Source of the DNA: Squalus acanthias
Taxonomy: Eukaryota
Length of the DNA stretch: 64,000 nucleotides
Direction: 5' to 3'
Assembly: GCA_030390025.1 (NCBI GenBank)
Contig: CM059432.1
Span: 106,642,001-106,706,000, forward strand
Each line of letters opens with the position of its first letter. The stretch's first letter is position 1. Shown here one piece after another: positions 48,901-61,029 of the stretch. The notes under the pieces are model-generated. The model had not been told where the DNA came from. It was given only the letters and a program-made list of their open reading frames with translations, and searched no databases. Both the position numbers and the translations under genes were made by a program.

Positions 48901-49778
48901 CACCCGAAGAGCCGTAGCAAATTTGCCTCCCAGGATATTGGTGCCCCTCTGGTTCAGGTGCAAACCGTCCTGTTTGTACAGGTCCCACCTTCCCCAGAAT
49001 GTGCTCCAATTATCCACATAACTGAAACCCTCCCCGCTACACCATCCCTGCAGCCACGTGTTTATCTGCACTCTCTCCCTGTTCCTCAACTCGCCAGCAC
49101 GTGGCACCGGCAACAAACCAGAAATTACAACATGGTTTGTACTGGCTTTCAGCTTCCAACCTAGCTCCCTAAATTCCTGTTTTAAATCCCCGTCCCTTCT
49201 CCTACCTATGTCGTTGGTACCGATGTGTACCACGACTTGTGATTGTTCCCCCTCCCCTTTGAGGATTCTGAAAACACGGTCCGAGACGTCACGGACCCTG
49301 GCACCCGGGAGGCAACATACCATCCGTGAGTCTCTTTTGCTGCCACAGAACCTCCTATCTGTCCCTCTGACTATTGAGTCCCCAATAACTATTGCTCTCC
49401 TGCTCTCCCCCCTTCCCTTCTGAGCCACAGGGACGGACCCAGCGCCGGAGATCCGGTCACCATGGCTTACCACTGGTAAGTCGTCCCCCTCAACAGTATT
49501 CAAAGCGGTATACCTGTTACTGAGGGGAACGACCACAGAGGATCACTGCACTGACTGCTTCCTCCTAGCCCCTCTCACCGTCACCCATCTATCTTCATGC
49601 TTTGGAGTAATTACATCCCTGAAGCTTCTATCTATGACCTCCTCTGCCTCCCGAATGATCCGAAGTTCATCCAGCTCCAGCTCCAGTTCCCTAACACGGT
49701 TTTCGAGGAGCTGGAGATGGGTGCACTTCCCACAGGTGTAATCAGCAGGGACACCTACGGCGTCCCTCACCTCAAACA
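45901..49778 (-). mobile_element. Near-full-length young CR1 LINE, 5'-truncated within the ORF1 zinc finger
   Basis: (ACATAGA)n tail at 45901-45930. The ORF1 N-part 49543-49779 (YTCGKCTHLQLL, coiled coil) is separated by one TGA from a 1180-aa ORF containing esterase, APE endonuclease and RT motifs. Confidence 0.98.
45994..49536 (-). CDS. CR1 ORF1(esterase)-ORF2(endonuclease/reverse transcriptase) single open frame, 1180 aa
   Basis: AIVIGDSIVRG, VHIGTND and DGLHL; FNARSIRNK, AITETW, MGDFN and SDHN; NYRPVSLTS, YMDFSKAFDKVPH, GVPQGSVLGP and FADDTK, all without a stop. Confidence 0.9.
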   Translation of the reverse strand: MVVPLSNRYTALNTVEGDDLPVVSHGDRISGAGSVPVAQKGRGESRRAIVIGDSIVRGTDRRFCGSKRDSRMVCCLPGARVRDVSDRVFRILKGEGEQSQVVVHIGTNDIGRRRDGDLKQEFRELGWKLKASTNHVVISGLLPVPRAGELRNRERVQINTWLQGWCSGEGFSYVDNWSTFWGRWDLYKQDGLHLNQRGTNILGGKFATALRVGFKLICQGDGKKGCSPGASGECREVLRRVSRSQECTGRQEDGLKCVYFNARSIRNKVGELGAWIGTWDYDVVAITETWLEQGQEWLLEVPGYRCFSKSREVGKKGGGVALLFKDSLTAAERQFEGDLPSEVIWAEVRNRKGAVTLLGVFYRPPNSNRDVEEEIAKQIMNRCGGHRVVVMGDFNFPNIDWNLYRSNSSDGIVFAQCVQEGFLTQYVDRPTRAGATLDLVLGNEPGQVFDLYVGEHFGDSDHNSVTFTLAMERDRAIRQGRVYNWGRGNYDAIRQELGSIRWEQKLSGKGTNEKWSFFMEQLLRVLDRYVPVRQGGNGRVREPWFTKEVECLVKRKKEAYVRMRKQGSVGSIEGYKVARNELKKELRRARRGHEKSLAGRIKKNPKAFYSYVRNKRMTRVRVGPVKDSSGNLCMESEEIGEVMNEYFSSVFTEERGHVLEDESVIKVDRLEMVDVLREDVLAILKNLRVDKSPGPDGTYPRILWEAREEIAEPLALIFGSSLSTGMVPEDWRVANVVPLFKKGNRNDPGNYRPVSLTSVVGKIMEKVLRDRIYDHLERGNLIRDSQHGFVKGKSCLTNLIEFFEEVTKCVDEGRAVDVVYMDFSKAFDKVPHGRLMKKVSCGIEGNLADWISNWLSHRRQRVVVDGAFSDWRPVTSGVPQGSVLGPLLFVIFINDLEEGTEGWISKFADDTKIGGVVDEVEGCCRLQRDIDRMQSWAEKWQMEFNPDKCEVIHFGRANLNKDYRVNGRVLRNVEEQRDLGVHIHRSLKVATQVDRAVKKAYGVLAFINRGFEFKNREVMLQLYRTLVRPHLEYCVQFWSPHYRKDVEALERVQRRFTRMLPGLGGRSYEERLRELGLFPLERRRMRGDLIEVYKMMRGIDRVDVQRLFPRVEAAVTRGHNYKVHGGRYRRDVRGRFFTQRVVGVWNGLPAVIVESDTLGTFKRLLDKHMEHTRVIGSVIA

Positions 49779-52714
49779 ATGTTTTAATTTTTTTTTAAGT
49801 TTGTCCGTCTTTATTTCAGGTTTGCCTTTTCCCCATGTGAGAGCCCCAATCTTTCTTTTGCTCTCTCTAACTATTTTAAAAAGTTACAATTTAAAGAGCT
49901 TACTCAATCCTTGTTCGCTGTCTGTGAGAATTCTGCATTTTGATTGACTGCCTGTTGACGTCACAGCAGTTCGCACAAGGCGATCCCCACTACAGTCCAT
50001 TGAATTGAAGGTTGGAAAACCCAAAGTTCTCGACAGAGGGTTCGTGAGATCCTTGTGCGGAACATACTTCGGGGCCAATAGCGAATGCCTTCACTTTGCT
50101 GCTGACCGCAAATTCCGAGCCAGAGTGAAAACCTTATCGGCCTGTCACAGTGAACTTTTCGACCTCCCAACATTGATGACACTGTGCTACTAGTTGCCCA
50201 GGTCCACCCACCAATTTATTTCTTCAAACAACAGTATCTCCTGGCCATCAATATTTAAAGTTTCCCTGTGCATACATTTTAAAAAATATTTTATGCTTTT
50301 CCCCACTATCTCTTTTTGCTGGCCCCCAGCATTTCCATGCCTCCGCTGCTGTGCTCCCCATGCCTGCTGTCACAGAAATATTGCCAGAAATCAAGCATTG
50401 GACCCATTGCTATGTTCCACTGCCCTCCCTGATATCAAAGTATTGATGGAAATCAAACCACGGGGCATTGCCATGCTTCCCTACCCACCCTCGGGCTGGA
50501 GTGCTGCCAAAAATAGGGCCCTGGAGCCACTTCTGTGCTGTTCCACTCGCTGTGTGCAGCCTTTCTTCCTCCTTCCTCCACTGCTCCTTTTCTCAAACTA
50601 ATTATTTTTGCATTGGTAATCTTCATGGTCTATAATTTACACTCAGCCCCCTCCCCATTAAATGTCCAGTGCTACTATTGTAATAGCCCTATTCAATTTA
50701 CTGTTATTTAAATCATACATTTTGGGCCACCTCTAACATTTCCTACTATTTAAGACATTTAAAAAAACTGTTTGGTTTCTACTCTTATTATTTAATACAT
50801 TTTAACACAACCCTGTTTTGATTTCCGCCTCTTCAATGAAGCTTCCCTGAAACATGTTCTATTTTCTTCCTTTTGCACACACATTCTATTAGATGGCTGC
50901 TTCCTTTATTTAATAAATTTCCACAACCCCATTCAATGACTTTAAAACTTGGGGGTATTTTTGTTAGAGCAGAGGAAATGAAGGGGTAATTTGATAGGTG
51001 TTTAAAATTATGAAGGGATGGGCTAGAGAAGATAGATTGAGAACAAGAGGGCATACTTTTAAGATTACATGTCAGAGTTTTAGGACAATAACCTGGGCTT
51101 GGCTTGATATTTTTGCCCGGAGCTGAGTGCACTAGCTGAAAGCAGTCCTGCAGTGTGATTTATGTGCAGTGTGCATAATTTGTCAAGATGTATCAGTAGC
51201 ATTTAGTCAGCAGATTGCTTTCCATCAGTTTGCTATTCTATCTGCTTGGTCATTTTTCAAAATTAGTTGAAGAAAAGCTAGAAAAACATTTCAAAAGTTT
51301 TATTCAGGTAAAGCTTGTTTGAGTATTTTTTAAAATGGAGAGATAGAGAGAGGGTCCAAATGTGTGCACAAAGAAAAGATCCTCTTCAGATATGACAGAC
51401 TTCCATAACTGTTGTAACTTTTTTATATTTGAATTATAAACCATCTATTTATTTCAATAAAAATTGTATTGACTTTTTTAAATTCAGGAAGTATGTCAAA
51501 CAGACAGCCAGTGTAAAGTCATTGAATGGGCTTGTGAAATTTTTTTTTAAATAATGGAAGCAGCTATTTAATACAGTATCTTTCTTCAGCCTAATTTGAG
51601 TTCTTTTTATCCTCCAAAAAAAAAATCACTTGAGTTTTGAAACAAAGACTCTGCATACCAACAGCTGTTTATGGTGAGAAAATCTAAACATTCTCATTAG
51701 TGCCAACTGTGGCGAAGCGAGACATGTCCAGGAACAAATCACAAAACACTGAATTTGATGTTTGCATAGTTCCCTTAGAAACATTCAAGCTTGTGCTGCC
51801 ATGCCTGCCCTTTCCTCATGGCTGACAAACCCTAGGACTCCATTACATTCCTCCTCCCGAGTTCTATGGAACTCAGCTTCCCCCTCCACAGTGGAGCCAG
51901 ACCGCAAATGTCTCAATTTAGGCCGAACTCCAAGACCCTCATCCCAGGACTCTCTTCCCAGTACTACCAAAACCCAGCACTGCTCCCAGTGCTGCAAGAT
52001 CCCACCCTCCTCCCGAGTACTACAAAGACCAGGTACCTGCCTCCAACTAGTACATTGTGCATGCAATCTTGCTGTGGCTTTCAGCTTTAAAAGTAAAAGG
52101 CAAAAAATCAAATACATAGAGCATATTTATTAAAGAAAAGGCTTCTGATTTCATGGAATAGTGGAGTGAGTTATAGAATTTGATCCCCAAAACACTGGTA
52201 AGAATCCCAGAATGCCATGTAATAAGAACAGAATTTGACTTGCATAGTCACCATAAATTAGTGAGCCTGATGTCGTGCCCTATGTAGTATAACGGCCCTA
52301 TTATTATTATAAAGCAACATATCCTCTGATTCCACTTCCCATAAGCAATGCCACAGGAGATTTTGTATTTTAAGTGTTATGCATGCATGCTTTTTCTGGC
52401 TGTCACATTTCAGATGTCGATCACAGACACTGCGTAATAATTTCTGTGTTGCACTTAAAATAATAGACCGTCACTTGGAATGTACTCTCCAGCATCAGAA
52501 CTTACTGGATCCATAAGGTCTGCAGCTTCTTAATTGGCCTGTATATGAAGTGCATTGTTTACTTAACAGCAATTCGATTTTGTGGGCTTAACCTTCACAA
52601 TAGAATAATACATTTTTGGATTACATTCTATAACTTTCAATGTTATGATCTGAAAATGGCACAGAAGATTTGCTCGTAGTATTAAGAACATTATATATAC
52701 ATGTCACATTTCAA

Positions 52715-52998
52715 GTACCAAAAATGTGTGGGTTAGGTTGATTTGGCTATGATAAATTGACCCTTAGTGTTAGGGGGGATTAAATATGTGGGGTTATGGG
52801 GATAGGATGGGATATGTTAGGGGGAATTAAATACGTGGGGTTACGGGGGTAGGGTGGGATATGTGTACTGTGGGGATTAAAGCAGGGACAGGGTACTGGA
52901 TTTGGATGATCAGCCATGATCGTATTAAATGGCGGAGCAGGCTCGACGGGCCGAATGGCCTACTCCTGCTCCTAGATTCTATGTTTCTATGTTTCTAT
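52715..52998 (+). mobile_element. HE1/V-SINE-like 3' portion with CR1-derived tail
   Basis: CCAAAAATGTGTGGGTTAGGTTGATTTGGCTATGATAAATTGACCCTTAGTG core, a ~47-bp internal duplication, then the CR1 3' UTR and (TTCTATGT)n tail. Confidence 0.65.
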
Positions 52999-53126
52999 AC
53001 TGTAAATTTCTGTCACATTTTCGAGTGGGGGGGGTGGAAGCATAAAGAAACTTGGAATGTACAAACGACCTAGCAACAAAAAATATTGGAGCCACAATGT
53101 TTACAATCTCTGAAATGACCTGTGTA

Positions 53127-56100
53127 TTTTTTTTTATTCGTTCCTGGGATGTGGACATCGCTGGCAAGGCCAGCATTTATTGCCCATCCCTAATTGCCGT
53201 TGAGAAGGTGATGGTGAGCCGCCTTCTTGAACCGCTGCAGTCCACTTGGTGAAGCTACTCCCATAGGGAGCTGTTAACAGAGGGCGTTCCAATGTTAAGT
53301 TTCTGGTCAATGGTGATCCCCAGGATGTTGATGTTGGGGGATTTGGCGATGGTAATGCCGTTGAATGTCAAGGGGCGGTGGTTAGACGGTCTCTTGTTGC
53401 CGATAGTCATTGCGTGGCACTTGTGTGGCGCGAATGTTACTTGCTACTTATCAGCCCAAGCCTGAATGTCGTCCAGGTCTTTCTGCTTGCAGGCATGGAC
53501 TGCTTCAAAATAAAGGAAAATCCCCAGGTGTTTTATAAGTATATTAAGGGCAAGAGGATAACCAGGGAAAGAGTAGGGCACATTAGGGACCAAAGTGGCA
53601 ATCTGTGTGTAGAGCCGGAAGATGTGGGTGAGGTTTTAAATGAATACTTTGCATCTGTGTTCACTATGGAGAAGGATGATGTAGGCATAGAAATCAGACA
53701 GGGGGATTGTGATATACTTGAACAAATTAGTATTAACCCTGAAAAGTGTGAGGTGATGCATTTTGGGAGGACTAACAAGGCAAGGGAATACACAATGAAT
53801 GGTAGGACCTTGGTGTGCATGTACATAGATCTCTGAAGGCAGCAGGACAGGTAGATAAGGTGGTTAAAAAGGCATATGGGATACTTGCCTTCATTAGCCG
53901 AGGCATAGAATATAAGAGCAGGGAGGTTATGATGGAGCTGTACAAAATGCTAGTTAGGCCACAGCTGGAATAATGTGTGCAGTTCTGGTCGCCACACTAT
54001 AGGAAGGATGTGATTGCATTGGAGAGGGTGCAGAGGAGATTCACCATGATGTTACCTGGGCTGGAGCGCTTCAGCTATGAAGAGAGACTGGACAGGCTGG
54101 GATTGTTTTCCTTAGAACAAAGAAGGCTGAGGGGGGACCTGATTGAGGTGTACAAAATTATGAGAGGCATAGATAGGGTAGATAGAAAGGAACTTTTCCC
54201 CTTAGTAGAGGGGTCAATAACCAGGGGGATAGTTTCAAGGTAAGGGGCAGGAGGTTTAGAGGGGATTTGAGGAAAAACTTTTTCACCCAGAGGGTGGTTG
54301 GAATCTGGGAACTCACTGCCTGAAAGGGTGGTAGAGGCAGGAACCCTCACAACATTCAAGAAGCATTTAGATGAGCACTTGAAACGCCATAGCATACAAG
54401 GCTACGGACCAAGTGCTGGAAAATGGGATTAGAATAAACAGGGCTTGATGGCCGGCGTGGACACGATGGGCCGAAGGGCCTCTTTCTGTGCTGTATAACT
54501 CTATGACTCTATTATCTGAGGAGCTGCGAATGGAACTGAACACTGTGCAAACATCCCCACTTCTGACCTTATGATGGAGGGAAGGTCATTGATGAAGCAG
54601 CTGAAGGTGGTTGGGCTGAGGATGCTGCCCTGAGGAACTCCTGCAGCGATGTCCTGGGGCTGAGATGATTGGCCTCCAACAACCGGAACCATCTTCCTTT
54701 GTGCTCGGTATGACTCCAGTCAGTGGAGAGTTTTCCCCCTGATTCTCATTGACGTCAATTTTATTAGGATTTCTTGATGCCACACTCTGTCAAATGCTGC
54801 CTTGATGTCAAGGCCAGTCATTCTCAACTCACCTCTGGAATTCAGCTCTATTGTCCATGTTTGGACCAAGGCTATATTGATGTCCGGAGCTGAGTGGTTC
54901 TGGCGGAACCCGAACTGAGCATCAGTGAGCAGATTATTGGTGATTAAGTGCCGCTTGATAGCACTGTCGACGACACCTTCCATCACTTTGCAGATGATTG
55001 AGAGTAGACTGATGGGGCGGTAATTGGCTGGATTGGATTTGTCCTGCATTTTGTGGACAGGACATACCTGGGCAGTTTCCCACATTGTCGGGTAGATGCC
55101 AGTGTTGTAGCTGTACTGGAACAGCTTGGCTAGAGATGCGGCTAGTTCAGGAGCACAAGTCTTCAGCACGACAGCCGGGGTGTTGTCGGGGCCCATAGCC
55201 TTTGCTATATCCAGTGCGCTCAGCCATTTCGTGGAGTGAATCAAATTGGCTGAAGACTGGCTTCTGTGATGGTGGGGACCTCAGGAGGAGGTTGAGATAG
55301 ATTACACACTCGGCACCTCTGGCTGAAGATGGTTGCAAACGCTTCAGCCTTGTCTTTTGCATTCACATGCTGGGCTCCGCCATCATTGATGATGGGGATG
55401 TTCATGGAGCCTCCTCCTCCCGTTAGTTGTTTAATTGTCCACCACCATTCACGACTGGATGTGGCAGGACTGCAGAGTTTTGATCTGATCCGTTGGTTGT
55501 CGGCTCGCTTAGCTCTGTCTATAGCATGCTGCTTCCACTGTTTAGCATGCATGTAGTCCTGTGTTGCAGCTTCCCCAGGTTGGCACCTCATTTTTAGGTA
55601 CGCCTGGTGCTGCTCCTGGCATGCTCTTCTGCACTCCTCATTGAGCCAGGGTTGGTCGCCTGGCTTGATGGTAATGTTAGAGTGAGGGATATCCTGGGCC
55701 ATGAGGTTACAGATTGTGGTGGAGTACAATTATGCTGCTGCTGATGGCCCACGGCGCCTCATGGAGGCCAGTTTTTAGCTGCTAGATCTGTTCTGCATCT
55801 ATCCCATTTAGCACGGTGGTAGTGCCACATGACACGATGGAGGGTGTCCTCAGTGTGAAGATGGGACTTAGTCTCCACAAGGACTGTGAGGTGGTCACTG
55901 CTACCAATACTGTCATGGACAGACGCATCTGCAACGGGTAGATTGGTGAGGATGAGGTCAAGTAGGTTTTTCCTTCGTGTTGGTTCTCTCACCACCTGCT
56001 GCAGGCCAAGTCTGGTAGCTATGTTCTTCAGGGCTCGGTCAGTAGTGGTGCTACCAAGCCACTCTTGGTGATGGACATTGAAGCCCCCCCACCTAGAGTA

Positions 56101-56525
56101 CATTCTGTGCCCTTGCTACCCTCAGTGCTTCTTCCAAGTGGTGTTCAACATGGAGGAGTACTGATTCATCAGCTGAGGGAGGGCGGTAATCAGTAGGAGA
56201 TTTCCTTGCCCATGCTTGACCTGAATCCATGCGACTTCATGGGGTCCGGAGTCAATGTTGAGGACTCCCAGGGCCACTCCCTCCTGACTGTATACCACTG
56301 TGCCGCCACCTCTGGTTAGGTCTGTCCTGCGGTGGGACAGGACATACCCAGGGATAGTGATGGAGGAATTTGGGACATTGGCTGACAGTTATGATTCTGT
56401 GAGTATGATTGTGTCAGGCTGTTACTTGACTAGTCTGTGGGACAGCTCTCCCAATTTTGGCACAAGTCCCCAGATGTTGGTGACTTTGTAGGGTCGACTG
56501 GTCTGGATGAGCCTTTGTCTTGTCC
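53127..56525 (-). mobile_element. Decayed LINE of the CR1/L2/Jockey group (second family), interrupted by a CR1 at 53508-54512
   Basis: Fragments GGFNVHHQEWLG and SSDHLTV (endonuclease), and KAMGPDN, NYRPISLLS, DIKAAFDRVWH and GVPQGSILSP..F..FINDL (RT), with many frameshifts. The 3' end at 53127 matches 26163-26455. Confidence 0.9.
53508..54512 (+). mobile_element. CR1 ORF2 3' part with large internal deletion, nested in the older LINE
   Basis: KIKENPQVFYKYIKGKR...LNEYFASVFT joined directly to NPEKCEVMHFG, then QFWSPHYRKDV... and a 3' UTR ending ACTCTATGACTCTAT. Confidence 0.93.
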
Positions 56526-56854
56526 GAAGCTGGTGTCTAGGTCAAGTATGAACTCACCCAGTGCTTACTTAACACGTTAGACTTTGCAGCTTTAAAGAGG
56601 CATAAACCTGCACTTTAGTAGGAGAATAATCCTTTTTCTGTATAATATTCCTGTCTTTATAAATAGCATATCCTCTAACTTATTGTGAGCAATGCCATAG
56701 GAGATCCATAACTAAATATATTCTATGACTAATGGTGACTAGATGACACAATATGTCAGCAGATTGTCTCTCTCCTTTTTGGGGCTTGCATTTGCAGCTT
56801 GTTCAGCATGACTTAAAAATTAATTTCATGATTTTTCAGTACGTGTCTTCCAAG

Positions 56855-56904
56855 ATGGCTTCATTTCAAAATAAAATGAAAAAGCAAATCAAAATACTTT
56901 CTAA
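56855..56904 (+). CDS. Probable first coding exon (exon 56840-56904) of a secreted/type I membrane protein: MASFQNKMKKQIKILS(N)
   Basis: Acceptor ATTTTTCAG| at 56839, strong Kozak CAAGATGG, consensus donor AA|GTAAGT at 56904 (phase 2); joins in frame with the 61030 exon. Confidence 0.65.
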
Positions 56905-57559
56905 GTAAGTTAGAATTATCCTATTCGTGATGAGCTCTGCAAGTAATAATAGACAAAGATTGAGTTGCGTTAACGTCGATTCTGCACCCGAACAACCTTT
57001 TTTTAGCCACGCTGCTCTTCAATATTTGTAATCTTAGATGACCTTTAGAATCTTTGATGGGCTTGATCTTAGAGTGCAACCCAATTGGAACGTACCCTGG
57101 ATACTTCAAGTTCTGGACCAGCTGTAAAACACTCAGTCACCCTCTGAATCCTTGGATTAATTTATGTAAAGAGATCTGATCTTAGACATTGTAACTGTCG
57201 TATGTTCATTACCTTTTATAACAATAAGCTCCTGTTGCCCTACTCAGTCAAATGGAGGCATCAAAACACTATATTCACTTGTGATTCCTTTGATTGTCTT
57301 CAGCTCTTCTATCATATGCTACTCCTGTGGACATATCCATGCAGATCAGAGTGCAATTTTTGTTATTGCTGCTGTCTATGTATTTGAGTTTACCATAGGG
57401 TGTGGACTGCAGGAACTTGGGGATGAACTTCCCCATATATTCCACGTCATAGAATAGCTAGAAATCACACGACATTAGCAGAGGTTCTAGACAGGTGCAA
57501 AGGGCTCAAAATGAACAAATTCTTGGGGATGCCATGGTACTAAGAGACTAGGGGGTGAC

Positions 57560-57845
57560 ATTTGTGAATTCCTGACAATCATCATGAGGTAGACACTGAA
57601 TGTTGGGGAGCTCCACTAGATTGGAAACCAGCTAATGTTGTGTGCATATTCAAGAAGGGGGACAAATCTGAATTGGGCAAGTAGAAACCAAGCAGTCTCG
57701 CATCAATGTCTGGTAAAATAAAAAAATCTATTGACAGAAGTAAACTTAACAACTACCTTTATAAGAATCTAATAAATAATGGCCATCACATTAGAAGGGG
57801 AAGATCCTGTGTGACTAACCTCCTTGATATTTAAAGAAGTGACTT
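57560..57845 (+). mobile_element. Old CR1 RT fragment
   Basis: Decayed DWKPANVV.IFKKGDK and RSCVTNLL motifs. Confidence 0.75.
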
Positions 57846-57999
57846 TTTTAGCTTTACCACTCCTGCAAATGAGCCCTTGCTATATGGACTGACGTGCAAC
57901 TTTAGCTGCACAATATGTGGTATTCTAGCGTTGCCGAGAGTCGTACAGAAACCATGTTGCTGTGATTAGTTCACTGGAACTTGTAGGAACCCTCTTGTT

Positions 58000-58102
58000 T
58001 TCCTTCATTACAATAGTGGCTACACTTCAAAAGTACTTCATTGGCTGTGAATTGCTTTGGGACGCCTTGAGGACGTGAAAGTTGCTATGTAAATGCAAGT
58101 TG
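58000..58102 (+). mobile_element. SINE 3' tail fragment (SacSINE1-like)
   Basis: CATTACAA.AGTG.CTACACTTCAAAAGTACTTCATTGGCTGT...TAAATGCAAGT is the reverse complement of 58475-58575. Confidence 0.75.
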
Positions 58103-58229
58103 CCTCTTCCTTTCCTAGCCTTTGGGTAGTAGAAGAATGAATACTGTGTGAGACAGGGTAGTGGTTCCTTTGGCTATAAAATAAAAGGTTCACTTAAAAG
58201 TAGAAAGTAAATTGGGAATAAAAGGAGAG

Positions 58230-59060
58230 CAGCAATAAACAAAGTGAACAGAACACTAAGTTATATTGCTGGGTCAGTTGAGTGTATGTCAGAAGATCTG
58301 GTGCTAAAACTGTATAGTGCACTGGTCAGTCCCTACCTTGAGCACTGTGTTAATTATGTTCATGACATAAGGGAAACATTCAAGCCACAAAATCAATGCA
58401 CAGAAGAGCCGTGGGGCTAATCCCTGGCGTCAAAAGATTGAAGAAACTAGTACCCTTTAGCCTTAAGAAAGAAAGACTTACATTTATATAGCGCCTTTCA
58501 CGACCACCGGACGTCTCAAAGCACTTTACAGCCAATGAAGTACTTTTTTGGAGTGTAGTCACTGTTGTAATGTGGGAAACGCGGCAGCCAATTTGCGCAC
58601 AGCAAGCTCCCACAAACAGCAATGTGATAATGACCAGATAATCTGTTGTTGTTATGTTGATTGAGGGATAAATATTGGCCAGGACACCAGGGATAACTCC
58701 CCTACTCTTCTTCGAAAAAGTGCCATGGGATCTTTTACGTCCACCTGAGAGAGCAGACGGGGCCTCGATTTAAAGTCTCATCCGAAGGACGGCACCTCCG
58801 ACAATGCAGCACTCCCTCAGCACTGCACTGGAGTGTCAGCCTAGATTTATGTTCTCAAGTCCCTGGAGTGGGACTTGAACCCATAACCTTCTGACTCAGA
58901 GGCGAGTGTGCTACCAACTGATGAAAAGCAGTGCTTCAATGTCAACCCAGGCAGTAGAACAAGGAGGCACAAGCTAAAACTAGTGGATGGACAATTTAGG
59001 GTGGATGTCAGGACAAACTTCATATATAGTGTGATCAACTCTTAGAATGTTCTTTAGGCA
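58230..59060 (+). mobile_element. Old CR1 ORF2 3' fragment, split by the SINE at 58465-58921
   Basis: LKLYSALVSPYLEHCV...RLKKL.PFSL before the SINE; RTRRHKLKL...FRVDVRTNF after it. Confidence 0.65.
58465..58921 (-). mobile_element. SacSINE1/DeuSINE-like tRNA SINE, nearly complete
   Basis: On the - strand: tRNA head with B box GGTTCAAGTCCC, a Deu-like core (GCCGTCCTTCGGATGAGAC...AAAAGATCCCATGGCAC), and an L2-like tail ending in (CTTT)n. Confidence 0.9.
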
Positions 59061-59255
59061 TGACAGTGCAGGCAAAAACCTTTCATTCAAGTTCAGTTCA
59101 GGCTTTTTTTTTGACTTGTGTTCGCAGTGGTTTCCATAAGCAGTCTCCAATGACCCTAAACCTGTACCCTTGTACATACCATGCATGGAACAGTGTGCCC
59201 AGGATTACAGAATATGTTCACCACATTCTCCTGGTCTCTCCTGACATGCAGGACT

Positions 59256-59700
59256 AGAAAGACTTGCATTTATATAGTGTCTTTCAAAAGCTCAATGCGT
59301 CCCAAAGCGCTTTGCAGCCAATGAAGTACTTTTTTGAAGTGTAGTCACTACTGTAATGTCAATTTGCACACAGCAAGGTCCCACAAACAGCAATGAGACA
59401 AATGACCAGATATTCTGTTTTAGGTGTTGGTTGAGGGACAAATACTGGCCAGGACACCAGGGAGAATTTCCCTGCTGTTCTTCAACATAGTGCCGTGGTA
59501 TCTTTTACATCCACCTGAGAGAGCAGATGGGGCCTCGGTTTAACATCTAATCTGAAAAATGGCAGCTCTGACAGTGCAGCACTCCCTTAGTATCGCACTG
59601 GAGTGTCAGCCCAGATTTCGTGCTCAAGCCTCTGGAGTGGGACTTGAAACCACAATCTTCTGACTGAGATGAGAGAGCTATCAACTGAGGTGCTGCTGAC
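59256..59700 (-). mobile_element. SacSINE1/DeuSINE-like tRNA SINE, older full-length copy
   Basis: Collinear with 58465-58921 along its whole length. Confidence 0.88.
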
Positions 59701-61029
59701 ACTGTGTACAGGCTAAAACTACTTGGTCAGATTTATTTATATGTTAAATATGACAAGAAAGCCAAATGATACAGTACAATACTGAATAATACTTAAAAAA
59801 AAAAACCATTTTTAATCAGTCCGTAGGGGTTAAAGTACTGTTTTCAGAATGTATTTCTTAGAGCTGGATAAGCAAGAGTTTTGTCTCTTGGTAAACCTTC
59901 ATGATGCGATATTCTAATTGAATGATGGAAATTTAATTTCATCCATGGAGTTTAGGTTTCCTGCCAGAACTAAGGCTAATATCTGCACCACACTGTGTCA
60001 ATCTGCACTTGCTAACATTTCAATTAATTTGTTCTAGCCATCAAACAACATTTGACTGAATTAATTTTCAAACAAAGGCATAAACACAATTCCCATTAAG
60101 GACCGATGTTTCCCATTGAATACACTGGTCGGTCTGGCCAGTTATGTGCATCGGTCAACACTGCCACAGAAAGCATGGGATTCTGGCTTAAGTCATTTAT
60201 ATTCAGATTTGCCCCATCAGAAAACTCCCTCCTTTGTTGCAAATGTGATGAGGGATTTTTTTTTAAAATTCTGGATGTATGAGCTAAGGTGGAATGAATA
60301 CTTCTGTCATCAGAATCTATTTTGCAAATTCCACGCTGTTGCTCTATTTTAATTGTAGTTCAGGAAAGGTTCACAAAAGTCACATTTAAGCATTTCCTTG
60401 GCAACTGCAAGACAGTTAAATGGAGTCTAAATTTATTATAAAGTTACTTATCTTTATTAAATTATTTATTTTTAATAATGCAAAAGCTTCACCTGTGTAT
60501 TGTAACTGCTTTCCCTCTCCTTTCCTCATTTTTGGCTCAATGGTTTTGAGTTCTGGAAACCAAACACACCATTCCATGGCATAGTAAAACACTGCTCTCT
60601 GGACATCTTGCTTTGTTGCAGATGCAAAACAATCTCAAAATGCTGGGTGGGCCTCCGCTGCAGCCTGAAACTGACCAACACATTTCAACCTGTGACAAAC
60701 AGCAATTAAATGCTGACTGACCTGGGACTGTCTTTAGAAAATTAATTAGAATTTCTGCCCTTGACGGGACAGGCCACATTAATCACAGCTCCACTTTAGC
60801 AGCAGATTCCTATATTGTGAATTACAGAATATAACATTCCTGTCATTACAAAACAGCATATCCTCCAACTTACTGTGAACAATGCCATGGGACGGGGTGT
60901 CTGTGTGTGTGATATGCTATGACCTAATCCAGTAATGTATTTTAAAACCAGAAACTGACAATTAATATTTTATGGAGGGAATACTGTAAAATGGCTAGTT
61001 ACTAATTAAAGTATATCCCTGTTTTGCAG

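Noticed and set aside
51762..52133. Overlapping 110-123 aa ORFs with a - strand acceptor-like site near 52085
   Set aside because: No recognisable protein similarity and no partner exon or donor, so it cannot be supported.
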